Shown here in pieces: positions 1 through 9,972 of a stretch of DNA of 64,000 nucleotides. Source of the stretch: Alphaproteobacteria bacterium. GTDB taxonomy: Bacteria > Pseudomonadota > Alphaproteobacteria > GCA-2731375. The DNA lies in assembly GCA_965232515.1 (NCBI GenBank), contig CBDDPY010000002.1, positions 1,920,001 through 1,984,000 on the forward strand, read 5' to 3'. The stretch's first letter is position 1. Each line of letters begins with the position of its first letter. Both the position numbers and the translations under genes were made by a program. Under the pieces are notes generated by a model that saw only the letters and a list, made by a program, of their open reading frames with translations, searched no databases and had not been told where the DNA came from.

Positions 1-1
1 A

Positions 2-1041
<1,040 letters not shown>

Positions 1042-1212
1042 CTATGTACTTCCCTGTCGTATCAGCCGTTTTGCTTATCTTTGGCTTGGACGTTAGACAC
1101 GTTTTCACCGCGGTGCAACAATAGTGGCGTTAACCTTGATGATTCCGGGCGCGCGGCTTAGGTTGCCGGTCGCATTTCTTCCGCAACTCCAAAGAATGGT
1201 GTTAAGTCCGTA

Positions 1213-2061
1213 ATGAAATTCTCCGGTACCGACACGTATGTGGCGACCGAGGACCTGATGGTCGCGGTCAACGCGGCCATCACGCTCGAGCGCCCGCTGC
1301 TGGTCAAGGGCGAGCCCGGCACGGGCAAGACCATCCTGGCGCACGAGGTCGCGAAGGCGCTCGACAAGCCGCTGATCCAGTGGCACATCAAGTCGACCAC
1401 CAAGGCGCAGCAGGGCCTCTACGAATATGACGCTGTCTCGCGCCTGCGCGATTCACAGCTCGGCGACGAGCGCGTGCACGACATCGCCAACTACATCGTC
1501 CGCGGCAAGCTCTGGGACGCCTTCGAGGCCGACGAAGCGCCGGTGCTGCTGATCGACGAGGTCGACAAGGCCGACATCGAGTTCCCGAACGACCTGCTGC
1601 TCGAGCTCGATCGCATGGAGTTCTACGTCTACGAGACCCAGCAGGAGGTGAAGGCGCAGAACCGGCCGATCGTCATCATCACGTCGAACAACGAGAAGGA
1701 GCTGCCGGACGCCTTCCTGCGCCGCTGCTTCTTCCACTACATCCGCTTCCCCGACCGCGAGACCATGCTCGACATCGTCGACGTGCATTTCCCCGACGTG
1801 CAGCAGAGCCTGGTCCGCGAAGCGCTCAACATCTTCTACGAGACCCGCGAGGTGCCCGGCCTGAAGAAGAAGCCGTCGACGTCGGAGCTGCTCGACTGGC
1901 TGAAGCTGCTGATGGCCGAGGACATCCCGGCCGAGACGCTGCGCACGCGCGATCCGAAAAAGTTGATCCCGCCGCTGCACGGCGCCCTTCTGAAGAACGA
2001 GCAGGACGTGCACCTGTTCGAACGCCTCGCCTTCCTCGCCCGCCGCGAGCAGGGCAACTAA
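1213..2061 (+). CDS. MoxR-family AAA+ ATPase (CoxD-like)
   Basis: GEPGTGKT, LLIDEVDKAD, ITSNNEKELPDAFLRRC; adjacent to a VWA partner. Confidence 0.9.
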   Translation: MKFSGTDTYVATEDLMVAVNAAITLERPLLVKGEPGTGKTILAHEVAKALDKPLIQWHIKSTTKAQQGLYEYDAVSRLRDSQLGDERVHDIANYIVRGKLWDAFEADEAPVLLIDEVDKADIEFPNDLLLELDRMEFYVYETQQEVKAQNRPIVIITSNNEKELPDAFLRRCFFHYIRFPDRETMLDIVDVHFPDVQQSLVREALNIFYETREVPGLKKKPSTSELLDWLKLLMAEDIPAETLRTRDPKKLIPPLHGALLKNEQDVHLFERLAFLARREQGN

Positions 2062-2080
2062 ACGCCCGGGAGGCCGCCCC

Positions 2081-3259
2081 ATGTTCGTCAACTTCTTCCT
2101 CGAGCTGAAGCAAGCCAAGGTGCCGGTCAGCCTGCGCGAGTACCTGACGCTGATGGAGGCAATGGAGGCGGGCGTCGCCAACTACAAGGTCGAGAACTTC
2201 TACTACCTCTCGCGTTCGACGCTGGTGAAGGACGAGCGCAATCTCGACAAGTTCGACCGCGTCTTCGCCCACGTCTTCAAGGGCCTGGAGCCGGCCGAGG
2301 ACGAGGTCGCGGCCGAGATCCCGGAGGAATGGCTGCGCAAGCTGACCGAGCTGTACCTCACTGACGAGGAAAAGGCGAAGATCGAGTCGCTCGGCGGCTG
2401 GGAAAAGCTGATGGAGACGCTGAAGGAGCGTCTGGAAGAGCAGAAGAAGCGCCACCAGGGCGGCAACAAATGGATCGGCACGGCCGGCACCTCGCCGTTC
2501 GGCGCCGAGGGCTATAACCCCGAGGGCATCCGCATCGGCCAGGACCGTTCGCGCCACCGCCGCGCGGTCAAGGTCTGGGATAAGCGCGAATACCGCAACC
2601 TCGACGACTCGGTCGTGCTCGGCACCCGGAACATCAAGGTGGCGCTACGCCGCCTGCGCAAGTTCGCCCGCGAGGGCGCGCCGGACGAGCTCGATCTCGA
2701 CGGCACCATCAAGTCCACGGCCAAGAACGGCGGCTATATCGACATTCGCATGCAGCCCGAACGCCGCAACACGGTGAAAGTGCTGCTGCTGCTCGACGTC
2801 GGCGGCTCGATGGACGACCACATCCGCACCTGCGAGGAGCTGTTCTCGGCCGCCCGCGGCGAGTTCAAGCATCTGGAATACTATTACTTCCACAACTGCC
2901 TCTACGAGAAGGTTTGGAAGGACAACCGCCGCCGCCACACCGAGCACATCCCGACGACCCAGCTCATCAACACCTACGGGCCGGACTGGAAGCTGTTCCT
3001 GGTCGGCGACGCCAGCATGAGCCCCTACGAGATCGCCTATCCCGGCGGCAGCGTCGAGCACTGGAACGAGGAACCGGGCCAGGTCTGGATGACCCGCCTG
3101 CTCGACCATTACAAGCACGCGGTCTGGCTGAATCCGGTGCCGGAGCGGCATTGGGAATACACGCCGTCGGTGCAGATGCTGCAGCAGCTCATGGGCGACC
3201 GCATGTACGGCCTGACGCTCGACGGCCTCGATCAGGCCATGCGCGAGCTCAATCGCTAA
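2081..3259 (+). CDS. VWA-domain protein (CoxE-like), MoxR partner
   Basis: MIDAS-like LLLDVGGSMD, VGDASMSPYE, WLNP motifs; 19 nt after the MoxR gene. Confidence 0.88.
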   Translation: MFVNFFLELKQAKVPVSLREYLTLMEAMEAGVANYKVENFYYLSRSTLVKDERNLDKFDRVFAHVFKGLEPAEDEVAAEIPEEWLRKLTELYLTDEEKAKIESLGGWEKLMETLKERLEEQKKRHQGGNKWIGTAGTSPFGAEGYNPEGIRIGQDRSRHRRAVKVWDKREYRNLDDSVVLGTRNIKVALRRLRKFAREGAPDELDLDGTIKSTAKNGGYIDIRMQPERRNTVKVLLLLDVGGSMDDHIRTCEELFSAARGEFKHLEYYYFHNCLYEKVWKDNRRRHTEHIPTTQLINTYGPDWKLFLVGDASMSPYEIAYPGGSVEHWNEEPGQVWMTRLLDHYKHAVWLNPVPERHWEYTPSVQMLQQLMGDRMYGLTLDGLDQAMRELNR

Positions 3260-3265
3260 CCGGCA

Positions 3266-3281
3266 TTTACCGCCGGTTAAC
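3266..3281 (+). promoter_or_regulatory. Probable CtrA box (TTTA-N7-TTAAC)
   Basis: One mismatch to TTAA-N7-TTAAC; intergenic. Confidence 0.5.
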
Positions 3282-3415
3282 CTCCACGTTCGTTAAGGCT
3301 GTGCCCGCCGTCGGCGTGGCATAACCGTGGCAGCAGCCCACGGTCGTGGCATTTCTGTGGCCAATCGCCGATTCACCGTGTCAACGCCCCGATTCCCGGA
3401 CGTCGGCCCGGCCGC

Positions 3416-3431
3416 GTTAACTGTTTTTTAA
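3416..3431 (-). promoter_or_regulatory. CtrA box (perfect TTAA-N7-TTAAC on the minus strand)
   Basis: GTTAA ctgtttt TTAA; about 50 nt upstream of the riboswitch. Confidence 0.7.
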
Positions 3432-3479
3432 GACCTGTTTACGAAACTAGAGGATGAAACGGGAACGGGCGTTATCTCG

Positions 3480-3570
3480 TCCTCGAAACGGCATACCACC
3501 GGCAACGGTGGGACGCAAAGCTTCCGGTCCACGAAACTTCATTGCGTGGATAGCGGGGCCGCCGAAAGGA
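3480..3570 (+). ncRNA. c-di-GMP-I (GEMM) riboswitch aptamer
   Basis: GGCATA-CCACCG-GCAA-CGGTGG-GACGCAAAGC-TTCCGG-TCCACG...CGTGGA-TAGCGGGGCCGCCG matches GEMM architecture: P2 with a GNRA loop, GACGCAAAG junction, P3 with TAGCGG. P1 TCCTCG(3480-3485)/CGaaAGGA(3563-3570). Confidence 0.9.
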
Positions 3571-3577
3571 AACGTGA

Positions 3578-4288
3578 ATGCTGATGTCCGTCATCTCATC
3601 GACCGGCAGCCGGGGGGCAGCACAACGCAAAACCCTGTCGACGCTGCTGGCTGGCGGCAGGGGCCTGATCCGGCCACTACGCCAGACACAAAAGACTCTT
3701 CTCGCCAAATCCGCCGCTTTTGTCGTCACCGGACTGCTGGCCCTTAGCGCCGGCGCCGCCGCCGCGCAGTCGAGCGACGAGGCCGCACGCTTCGTGCAAT
3801 CCGTCTGCGATCGGGCGACGCACATCCTGCAGGCAACCAATGCAAACGAAGATCGCAAGCGCGGCGAATTGCGGGGCCTGCTGGAAGAGGTCATGGACCT
3901 GCCGCGGATCGGCCGTTTCACGCTGGGCGGACATTGGGAGAACGTCTCGCTGAAGCAACAGAACGACTTCCAGTCGCTGTTCGCCGACTTCGTGCTGAAC
4001 ACCTATGCCAGCCTGCTGCTGTCGGAGACCGACAGCCGCTTCATCGTGGTCAAGACCGAAGCCCTGACCGACGACAAGGCCATCGTGCACACGCGGGTCG
4101 AACGCGCGTCAGGCGATGGCGTCGACACGGTCTGGCAGATCGGCAAGGCCGCGGACGGCAAATACCGCGTCCTCGACATCTCCGCCGACGGCGTCAGCCT
4201 CGCCGAAACCTATCGCGCGACGTTCAGCGCGTTGATGGCGAATGGCGGCATGCCGGTCCTGCTCGCGGCGCTGAAGAAACGCACCTGA
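3578..4288 (+). CDS. MlaC/Ttg2D-family periplasmic lipid-binding protein (stand-alone)
   Basis: Hydrophobic signal segment ending AAAAQ; MDLPRIGRFTLG.HW, YRVLDISADGVSL..TYR..F motifs of the Ttg2D/MlaC family; AGGA RBS 7 nt before the ATG. Confidence 0.8.
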   Translation: MLMSVISSTGSRGAAQRKTLSTLLAGGRGLIRPLRQTQKTLLAKSAAFVVTGLLALSAGAAAAQSSDEAARFVQSVCDRATHILQATNANEDRKRGELRGLLEEVMDLPRIGRFTLGGHWENVSLKQQNDFQSLFADFVLNTYASLLLSETDSRFIVVKTEALTDDKAIVHTRVERASGDGVDTVWQIGKAADGKYRVLDISADGVSLAETYRATFSALMANGGMPVLLAALKKRT

Positions 4289-4485
4289 TCCAACGCCGGC
4301 ACGCGCCGGCGCCGATATCAGCGGCGCGCCCCACGGTGGGCGCTTGACGCTGTCCGTTTGCCGCCGGGCCATCGCGCCCGGTTTTACTTTGCCTGTGATC
4401 GACCCTCTTCCGATGGTTTTTGCCGGCCTCCACCCGATGGCCTAGGATCCGCCGAAGCTAGGTAACACGCTCGCGGAGACAGGCC

Positions 4486-5460
4486 ATGCGCACCAGACAG
4501 CTCGGATCCCTTTGGCCGGTCAGTGAACTGACGCTCGGCGGCGGCGGCCTCGGCCAGCTCTGGGGCACGACGTCACGCGACGAGGCCATCGCCACCGCCC
4601 GGGCCGCGGTCGACGCCGGCATCACGCTCTTCGACATGGCCCCGCGTTATGGCGAGGGCGAGGCCGAGGTCGTGATCGGCGCCGCCTTCGAGGGCCGCCT
4701 GCCACCCGGCGTGCGCGTGACCAGCAAGTGCCTCCTGGGCGAAACCCCGCCGGACCGCATCGAAGCGCATCTGCGGCAATCGATTGGCGACAGCCTGGCC
4801 CGGCTCAATCTCGAGCGGCTCGACATCTTCTTCCTGCATTCAAACGTCGTGCCGGACGACCATCCCATGCGCCAGCACCCGGACGCCGCGGTGCGCATGA
4901 CCCCGGTCTCGGTGTTCCGCGAGGTCGTCCGGCCGGTGTTCGAGAAACTCAAGGCCGAGGGCCTGATCGGCGCCTGGGGCCTGACCGGCATCGGCTATCC
5001 CGACACCATCATCGAACTTCTGGGCGAGTCACCGAAGCCCGGCGCCGTCCAGTGCATCGCCAATCTGTTGGACTCACCAGGCGGCCTGAAATTCTTCGAC
5101 GGCCCGGCCAAGCCCCGCGACGTCATCGCCGCGGCCGCCGCGAACAATGTGGGCGTCATGGGCATCCGCGCCGTCCAGGCCGGCGCGCTCACCGACCGCA
5201 TCGACCGCCCCCTGCCCGACGACCATCCGGAAATGGCCGACTATCGCCGTGCCGCCGGTTTCCGCCAACTCGCCGCCGAACTCGGCGAACCCACCGCCGC
5301 CCTCGCCCACCGCTACGCCCTGTCGCTGCCGGGTATCGACACCCTCGTCCTCGGCGTCAAGAACCAGGCCGAGCTCGACGACTGCATCGCCGCCGCGGAA
5401 GCCGGTCCCTTGTCGGCCGACCTGATCGCCCGCATCGACGCCGCTGTCGCCACAGGTTAG
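4486..5460 (+). CDS. Aldo/keto reductase
   Basis: LGGGGLG, GITLFDMAPRYG, SL.RL..DIFFLH, LVLGVKN AKR motifs. Confidence 0.88.
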   Translation: MRTRQLGSLWPVSELTLGGGGLGQLWGTTSRDEAIATARAAVDAGITLFDMAPRYGEGEAEVVIGAAFEGRLPPGVRVTSKCLLGETPPDRIEAHLRQSIGDSLARLNLERLDIFFLHSNVVPDDHPMRQHPDAAVRMTPVSVFREVVRPVFEKLKAEGLIGAWGLTGIGYPDTIIELLGESPKPGAVQCIANLLDSPGGLKFFDGPAKPRDVIAAAAANNVGVMGIRAVQAGALTDRIDRPLPDDHPEMADYRRAAGFRQLAAELGEPTAALAHRYALSLPGIDTLVLGVKNQAELDDCIAAAEAGPLSADLIARIDAAVATG

Positions 5461-5481
5461 TCGTTCCGGAATCACCCGCCG

Positions 5482-6768
5482 TTACTCCGCCGCCGCGGCG
5501 TCGTTGCGCCGGCCCAGCAGATACCAGGTCCGCATCCGGCCCTTGCCCTTGACCTCGATATTGCCGCGGGCGGCAAAGTCGTAGGCGTGCGCCAGGCGAT
5601 CGCGCACCGCATCGCTGACCTGGATGCTACCGGCCTCGCCGGCCGCCTCCATGCGGCTCGCCGTGTTCACCGTGTCGCCCCAGAGGTCGTAGAGAAACCG
5701 GGTCTCGCCGATCACGCCGGCGATCAGCGGACCGGTATGGATACCGATGCGAACGCCCAGCAGGCTGCCGTCCGGCGCCGTCATGCCGGCGACCACGTCG
5801 CGCATGTCGAGCGCCAGATCGGCGATCGCCGTATCGTGGCAGTCATGCGCCTGAGCCACGCCGCCCGCCACCATGTAGGCGTCGCCGATGGTCTTGATCT
5901 TTTCCAGCCCATGCCGCTCGACGAGCCGGTCGAAGGCCGCGAACACCCGGTCGAGCAGACCCAGGACCTCTTCGGGCGGATGCGCCGCCGCGATCTGGGT
6001 AAAGCCGACGATATCGGCGAACAGCACGGTCGAGTCGGCGACGTCGTCCACCACCCGCTCGCCCCGCTGCAATCGGTCGGCAACGCTTGCCGGCAGAATG
6101 CTGATCAGCAGCTCGCGGTAGCGCCGCCGTTCGCTCTCGATGATCTCGTCGCTGGCGAAATCGCGGCGCTGAAACAGCTCGCGCCGGTACAGCATGATGA
6201 CGCCGATGACGTTGGCGCTGATCAGCTGCAGCGTCAGCGACAGCAGCTCCACGTCGTTCAGCGTACCGCCCCACCAGACCGAGGCCAGATAGAACACCGT
6301 CGCCAGTTCGGCGCAGACCGCGCCATACATGAAGATCAACGGGATCAGAACGTAGACCCCCATCAGCAGCAGAATAAATCCGCCGATGACCAGCGGCGGG
6401 CCAACGCCGATCACGTTGATCGCAGCATAGAATTCCGTGAAACCCAGCACCAGCGCCACCATCAGCAGCGGCCAGCGCGTGCGGAAATACGGCAGATAGG
6501 TCAGCACCAGCAGCAGGGCCGTATAGGCCGTCATGCCGACGCCCTGCGCGATCATGATCTCGATCTGATAGGCCTGAAAGACGAACGGGCCCATCGCCGC
6601 GAACGGCAGGTTAATCAGCATCGCCACCACCAGCGCCAGCCGCGCCTGCCGCAGGTTTAGTTCGCGCGTCGCCGCTCGGTAGCGGGCCTCTTTCGCGGGG
6701 TCGCGAAAACGCAGCGTCAGCCGCTTGATTTCGTCTTCCGCGATCAGGGGCTGAGTCGATTCAGACAT
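5482..6768 (-). CDS. Membrane-anchored class III adenylate cyclase (about 6 TM)
   Basis: VLFADIVGFT, EKIKTIGDAYM, YDLWGDTVNTASRME, VKGKG; hydrophobic N-terminal half. Confidence 0.9.
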   Translation of the reverse strand: MSESTQPLIAEDEIKRLTLRFRDPAKEARYRAATRELNLRQARLALVVAMLINLPFAAMGPFVFQAYQIEIMIAQGVGMTAYTALLLVLTYLPYFRTRWPLLMVALVLGFTEFYAAINVIGVGPPLVIGGFILLLMGVYVLIPLIFMYGAVCAELATVFYLASVWWGGTLNDVELLSLTLQLISANVIGVIMLYRRELFQRRDFASDEIIESERRRYRELLISILPASVADRLQRGERVVDDVADSTVLFADIVGFTQIAAAHPPEEVLGLLDRVFAAFDRLVERHGLEKIKTIGDAYMVAGGVAQAHDCHDTAIADLALDMRDVVAGMTAPDGSLLGVRIGIHTGPLIAGVIGETRFLYDLWGDTVNTASRMEAAGEAGSIQVSDAVRDRLAHAYDFAARGNIEVKGKGRMRTWYLLGRRNDAAAAE

Positions 6769-6824
6769 GACGCCAGGATAGCCGATTTGCCCGCATCAGA
6801 CGCCGAAAGCGGAGGTAATGGCGA

Positions 6825-7556
6825 TCATGATGCCACCCCCGTAGCCACGGCAGCCCGCGCCCCGTCGTTCGGACCATCCTCGACGATACGGCCATCGACC
6901 AGGTGGATACGCCGGTCGGTGCCGCCGGCGAAGTCGAGGTCGTGGGTGACGGCGACGATCGTCGCGCCCTGCTTGTGCACCAGATCGGCGAAGATCTCGA
7001 ACACGTTGGCCGAGCTGTGACTGTCGAGATTGCCGGTCGGCTCGTCGCAGAGAATGATGCGCGGCTGGTTGGCGAGCGCCCGGGCGATGGCGACGCGCTG
7101 ACGCTGGCCGCCCGAGACCTGATCGGGACGCTTCTTCATCTGGTCGGCGAGGTCGAAATCGGCCAGCAGGCTCTCGGCGCGCTCGCGCATGGCCTTCTCG
7201 GACAGCTGCCCCAGCCGCCGCATCGGCACCATGACATTGCCGAGTACGGTGAATTCCGGCAGCAGGAAATGGAACTGGAAGACGAAACCGATCTTCCTGA
7301 GCCGGGTGTCCGCCAGTCCCTTCTCGTCCAGTGCCGTGGTGTCCTCGCCGTCGAGCAGGATCTGACCCGAGGTCGGGTGGTCGAGCAGGCCGAGCAGATA
7401 CAGAAGCGACGACTTGCCCGAGCCCGACGGCCCGGTGACCGCCACGAACTCGGCCTCGCGCACGGTCATCTCGATGTCCTGCACCAGCGTCACCGGCACC
7501 GGCCCCGGCAGCACCCGGCTGACGTCGCGGGCCTCGATGACAACAGCGCCCGTCAT
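6825..7556 (-). CDS. ABC transporter ATP-binding protein (LolD/MacB-like)
   Basis: GPSGSGKS, GFVFQFHFLL, VSGGQRQR, DEPTGNLD. Confidence 0.9.
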   Translation of the reverse strand: MTGAVVIEARDVSRVLPGPVPVTLVQDIEMTVREAEFVAVTGPSGSGKSSLLYLLGLLDHPTSGQILLDGEDTTALDEKGLADTRLRKIGFVFQFHFLLPEFTVLGNVMVPMRRLGQLSEKAMRERAESLLADFDLADQMKKRPDQVSGGQRQRVAIARALANQPRIILCDEPTGNLDSHSSANVFEIFADLVHKQGATIVAVTHDLDFAGGTDRRIHLVDGRIVEDGPNDGARAAVATGVAS

Positions 7557-8797
7557 GCGGCGCCGCGCAGGATGTCGACCGGCTTGAGCGCCGATGCGCG
7601 CCGCGCCGGCAGATAGGCCGCAAGCGTCGCCGACAGCAGCGCGAAGCCGCCGGCGACCAGATACTGGTCGATGCCTTCATAGAGCGGAAAGCCCTGCTCC
7701 TCGGTGAAGCCGGGCGGCTTGAACTGGATCGTCGCCAGCCCGGCCAGCATGCCGTAGCCGATGATCCAGCCCAGCACGCTGCCGCTGATGCCGACCAGCA
7801 CGCCTTCGATCAGGAAAATGCGCCGGATGTCGCCCGCGTTGAAGCCCATGGACTTCAGGATCGCGATGTCGCGCGTCTTCTCCAGCACCACGGTCGAGAT
7901 GATGTTGAAGATGCCGAAGCTCGCCACCACCAGGATGGCGCCGACGATCGAGTACATGATGGCGTTTCGGATCACCAGCACGCTCAGAACGTCCTCGTTC
8001 GCCTCCTGCCAGGATTCGGCGAGATAGCCGACGCGGGTCTCGATGTCGGCCGCGACCTGCAGCGCCCGGTTCGGTTCCTCCAGACGCAGCCGCAGCCGGT
8101 TCGCCGTTTGCGGCCGGTCGAGCAGCACTTGCGCCTTCTTGATCAGCGAATAAATCGTGCCCTCGTCGATGGCGACGACGCCGGTGCTGAACAGGCCGAC
8201 GACCTTCATCTTGCGCACGACGCCCGCGGTCGAGATCACCGAGATATTGTCGCCGACCCCGGCCTTCAGCTTGTCGGCCATGGCCCGGCCGATGATGATG
8301 CCGTTCGCCGTGGTCTCCAGATCGTCGAGCGTGCCGACGATCATGTCGTCGACCAGCTGCGTCACCAGGCGCTCCCGCGCCGGCTCGATCCCGTTCAAGG
8401 TGGCCGACATGTCCTTGGCGCCGTAGCGCAGGATCACCTGGCCGAACAAGGCCGGCGCCACGGCGACGCCATCGAGCCGGCTCAACAGGTCCAGCTTGGC
8501 CTTGTAGTTGCGGATGCCGCGCACCTCGTCGCGCGGCTTCAGGCTGCGCAGCGATACGGCGCCGGCCGCATACAGCCGCTCCACGGGCTGCAGCGGCGGC
8601 TCGCGGTATTCGTCCTTCACCGTGATGTGCGGCGCCGAGTCGACTAGCTTCTCGATGAAGTCCCGCTCCGAGCCGCGCATCAGCGACGACACCGCAACGA
8701 AGAACCCGACCCCCAGCGCCACGCCCATCACCGATACCGCAGTCTGCCGCCGCCGGTTCTGCAGGTGCGTGAGCGCGATGGAAAAGTCGATCGCCAT
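7553..8797 (-). CDS. ABC transporter permease (LolC/E-FtsX/MacB family)
   Basis: One N-terminal TM, large periplasmic loop, EKTRDIAILKSMG, PARRASALKPVDILRG. Confidence 0.88.
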   Translation of the reverse strand: MAIDFSIALTHLQNRRRQTAVSVMGVALGVGFFVAVSSLMRGSERDFIEKLVDSAPHITVKDEYREPPLQPVERLYAAGAVSLRSLKPRDEVRGIRNYKAKLDLLSRLDGVAVAPALFGQVILRYGAKDMSATLNGIEPARERLVTQLVDDMIVGTLDDLETTANGIIIGRAMADKLKAGVGDNISVISTAGVVRKMKVVGLFSTGVVAIDEGTIYSLIKKAQVLLDRPQTANRLRLRLEEPNRALQVAADIETRVGYLAESWQEANEDVLSVLVIRNAIMYSIVGAILVVASFGIFNIISTVVLEKTRDIAILKSMGFNAGDIRRIFLIEGVLVGISGSVLGWIIGYGMLAGLATIQFKPPGFTEEQGFPLYEGIDQYLVAGGFALLSATLAAYLPARRASALKPVDILRGAA

Positions 8798-8818
8798 GGC
8801 GCTAGCAATCCACGCCCG

Positions 8819-9832
8819 TCACTCCGTCACCGCCATGCGGGTGCGCACGCGGGCGCCGTCGGTCAGGCGTTCCGGTGGGTTCAACAGCACCAGCGCATCG
8901 TCCGTCAGCCCGTCCGCGATCTCGGCCGTGTCCGCGCCGACAATGCCGATGCGCACGGCGCGACGGATCAGGCGCTCGTCTTCGACGATCCAGACATGCT
9001 TGCCGTCGAGCGCGTCAATCGGCACCAGCAGTGCGTTGTCATGCTGGGCGACGACGATATTCACCTCCGACGTCATGCCGATCATCAGTGGCGAGTCCGC
9101 CGGCAGGCCGATACGCACCCGGTAGTTGCGCGCGATCGGATCGCCCTTCGGCGTGATCTCGTCGACCTGGCCCTCGAACACCCGTTCCGGCCAGGCGTCC
9201 GACCGGATCAACGCCGTCTGGCCCAGCGCCACCATCGGGATGTCCTCCTCGTCGACCTCGGCTTCGATCCTGAGCGGCGCGCAGCAGCCGACCCAGATCA
9301 GCACGTCGCCCTTGTCCACGACCTCGCCCAGTTCGCCGTCCTTGCGGATCACCTCGCCGTCGAACGGCGCCTTGAGCAAATGATCGCGCAGCTTCTCGCG
9401 CGCCACCGCCAGCGCGCCTTGCGCCGCATCAAATTCGCTCTCGGCCAGGTCCCGGGTATTGGCGCTGACATGGCCCCGCGCGAACAGGTTGCGGGCGCGC
9501 TCGAGGTCGGACCTGAGGTATCGGGTCTTCGCTTCCAGCTCATTGACACGCGCCTGCGCCTCGCGCTCGTCCAGCCGCAGCAGCACGTCGCCGGCCTTCA
9601 CGCCGTCGCCTTCCTCGACCAGGATCTCGACGATGCGGCCAGTGAGCTTCGGGCCGATCCCGGCCATTTTCTTGGCCTCGACCGTGCCGGTGGCGTAGAC
9701 CGCCAGCACCGCTGGCCCGCGCGTCGGCGTGGTCACGATCACCGTGCGGGCGCCAAGCAGGAAGTACCAGGCGCCGCCCGCCACGACGGCGGCGACGATC
9801 AGAAAAACGACCCCAACCTTCCAGTATCGCAC
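8819..9832 (-). CDS. Efflux periplasmic adaptor (membrane fusion protein, MacA/HlyD-like)
   Basis: N-terminal TM anchor, lipoyl-like V.EGDGVKAGDVL, coiled coil, APFDG; GTG start. Confidence 0.88.
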   Translation of the reverse strand: MRYWKVGVVFLIVAAVVAGGAWYFLLGARTVIVTTPTRGPAVLAVYATGTVEAKKMAGIGPKLTGRIVEILVEEGDGVKAGDVLLRLDEREAQARVNELEAKTRYLRSDLERARNLFARGHVSANTRDLAESEFDAAQGALAVAREKLRDHLLKAPFDGEVIRKDGELGEVVDKGDVLIWVGCCAPLRIEAEVDEEDIPMVALGQTALIRSDAWPERVFEGQVDEITPKGDPIARNYRVRIGLPADSPLMIGMTSEVNIVVAQHDNALLVPIDALDGKHVWIVEDERLIRRAVRIGIVGADTAEIADGLTDDALVLLNPPERLTDGARVRTRMAVTE

Positions 9833-9972
9833 GAGCCCTACCGGTGCTTTCGCTGCCTGTCGCCGAACCCTAACAGAGGGCGCTTTATAGATAATTTCGG
9901 ACGATGACGAACGCCAGTATCACCGATAGGGACGATCGGCCGCAGTCGGAGATTCAGTCGGCAATTCCGGGT

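Noticed and set aside
3454-3747. 97-aa ORF overlapping the riboswitch (possible leader peptide)
   Set aside because: No properly spaced RBS or recognisable motif; the RNA structure explains the sequence better.
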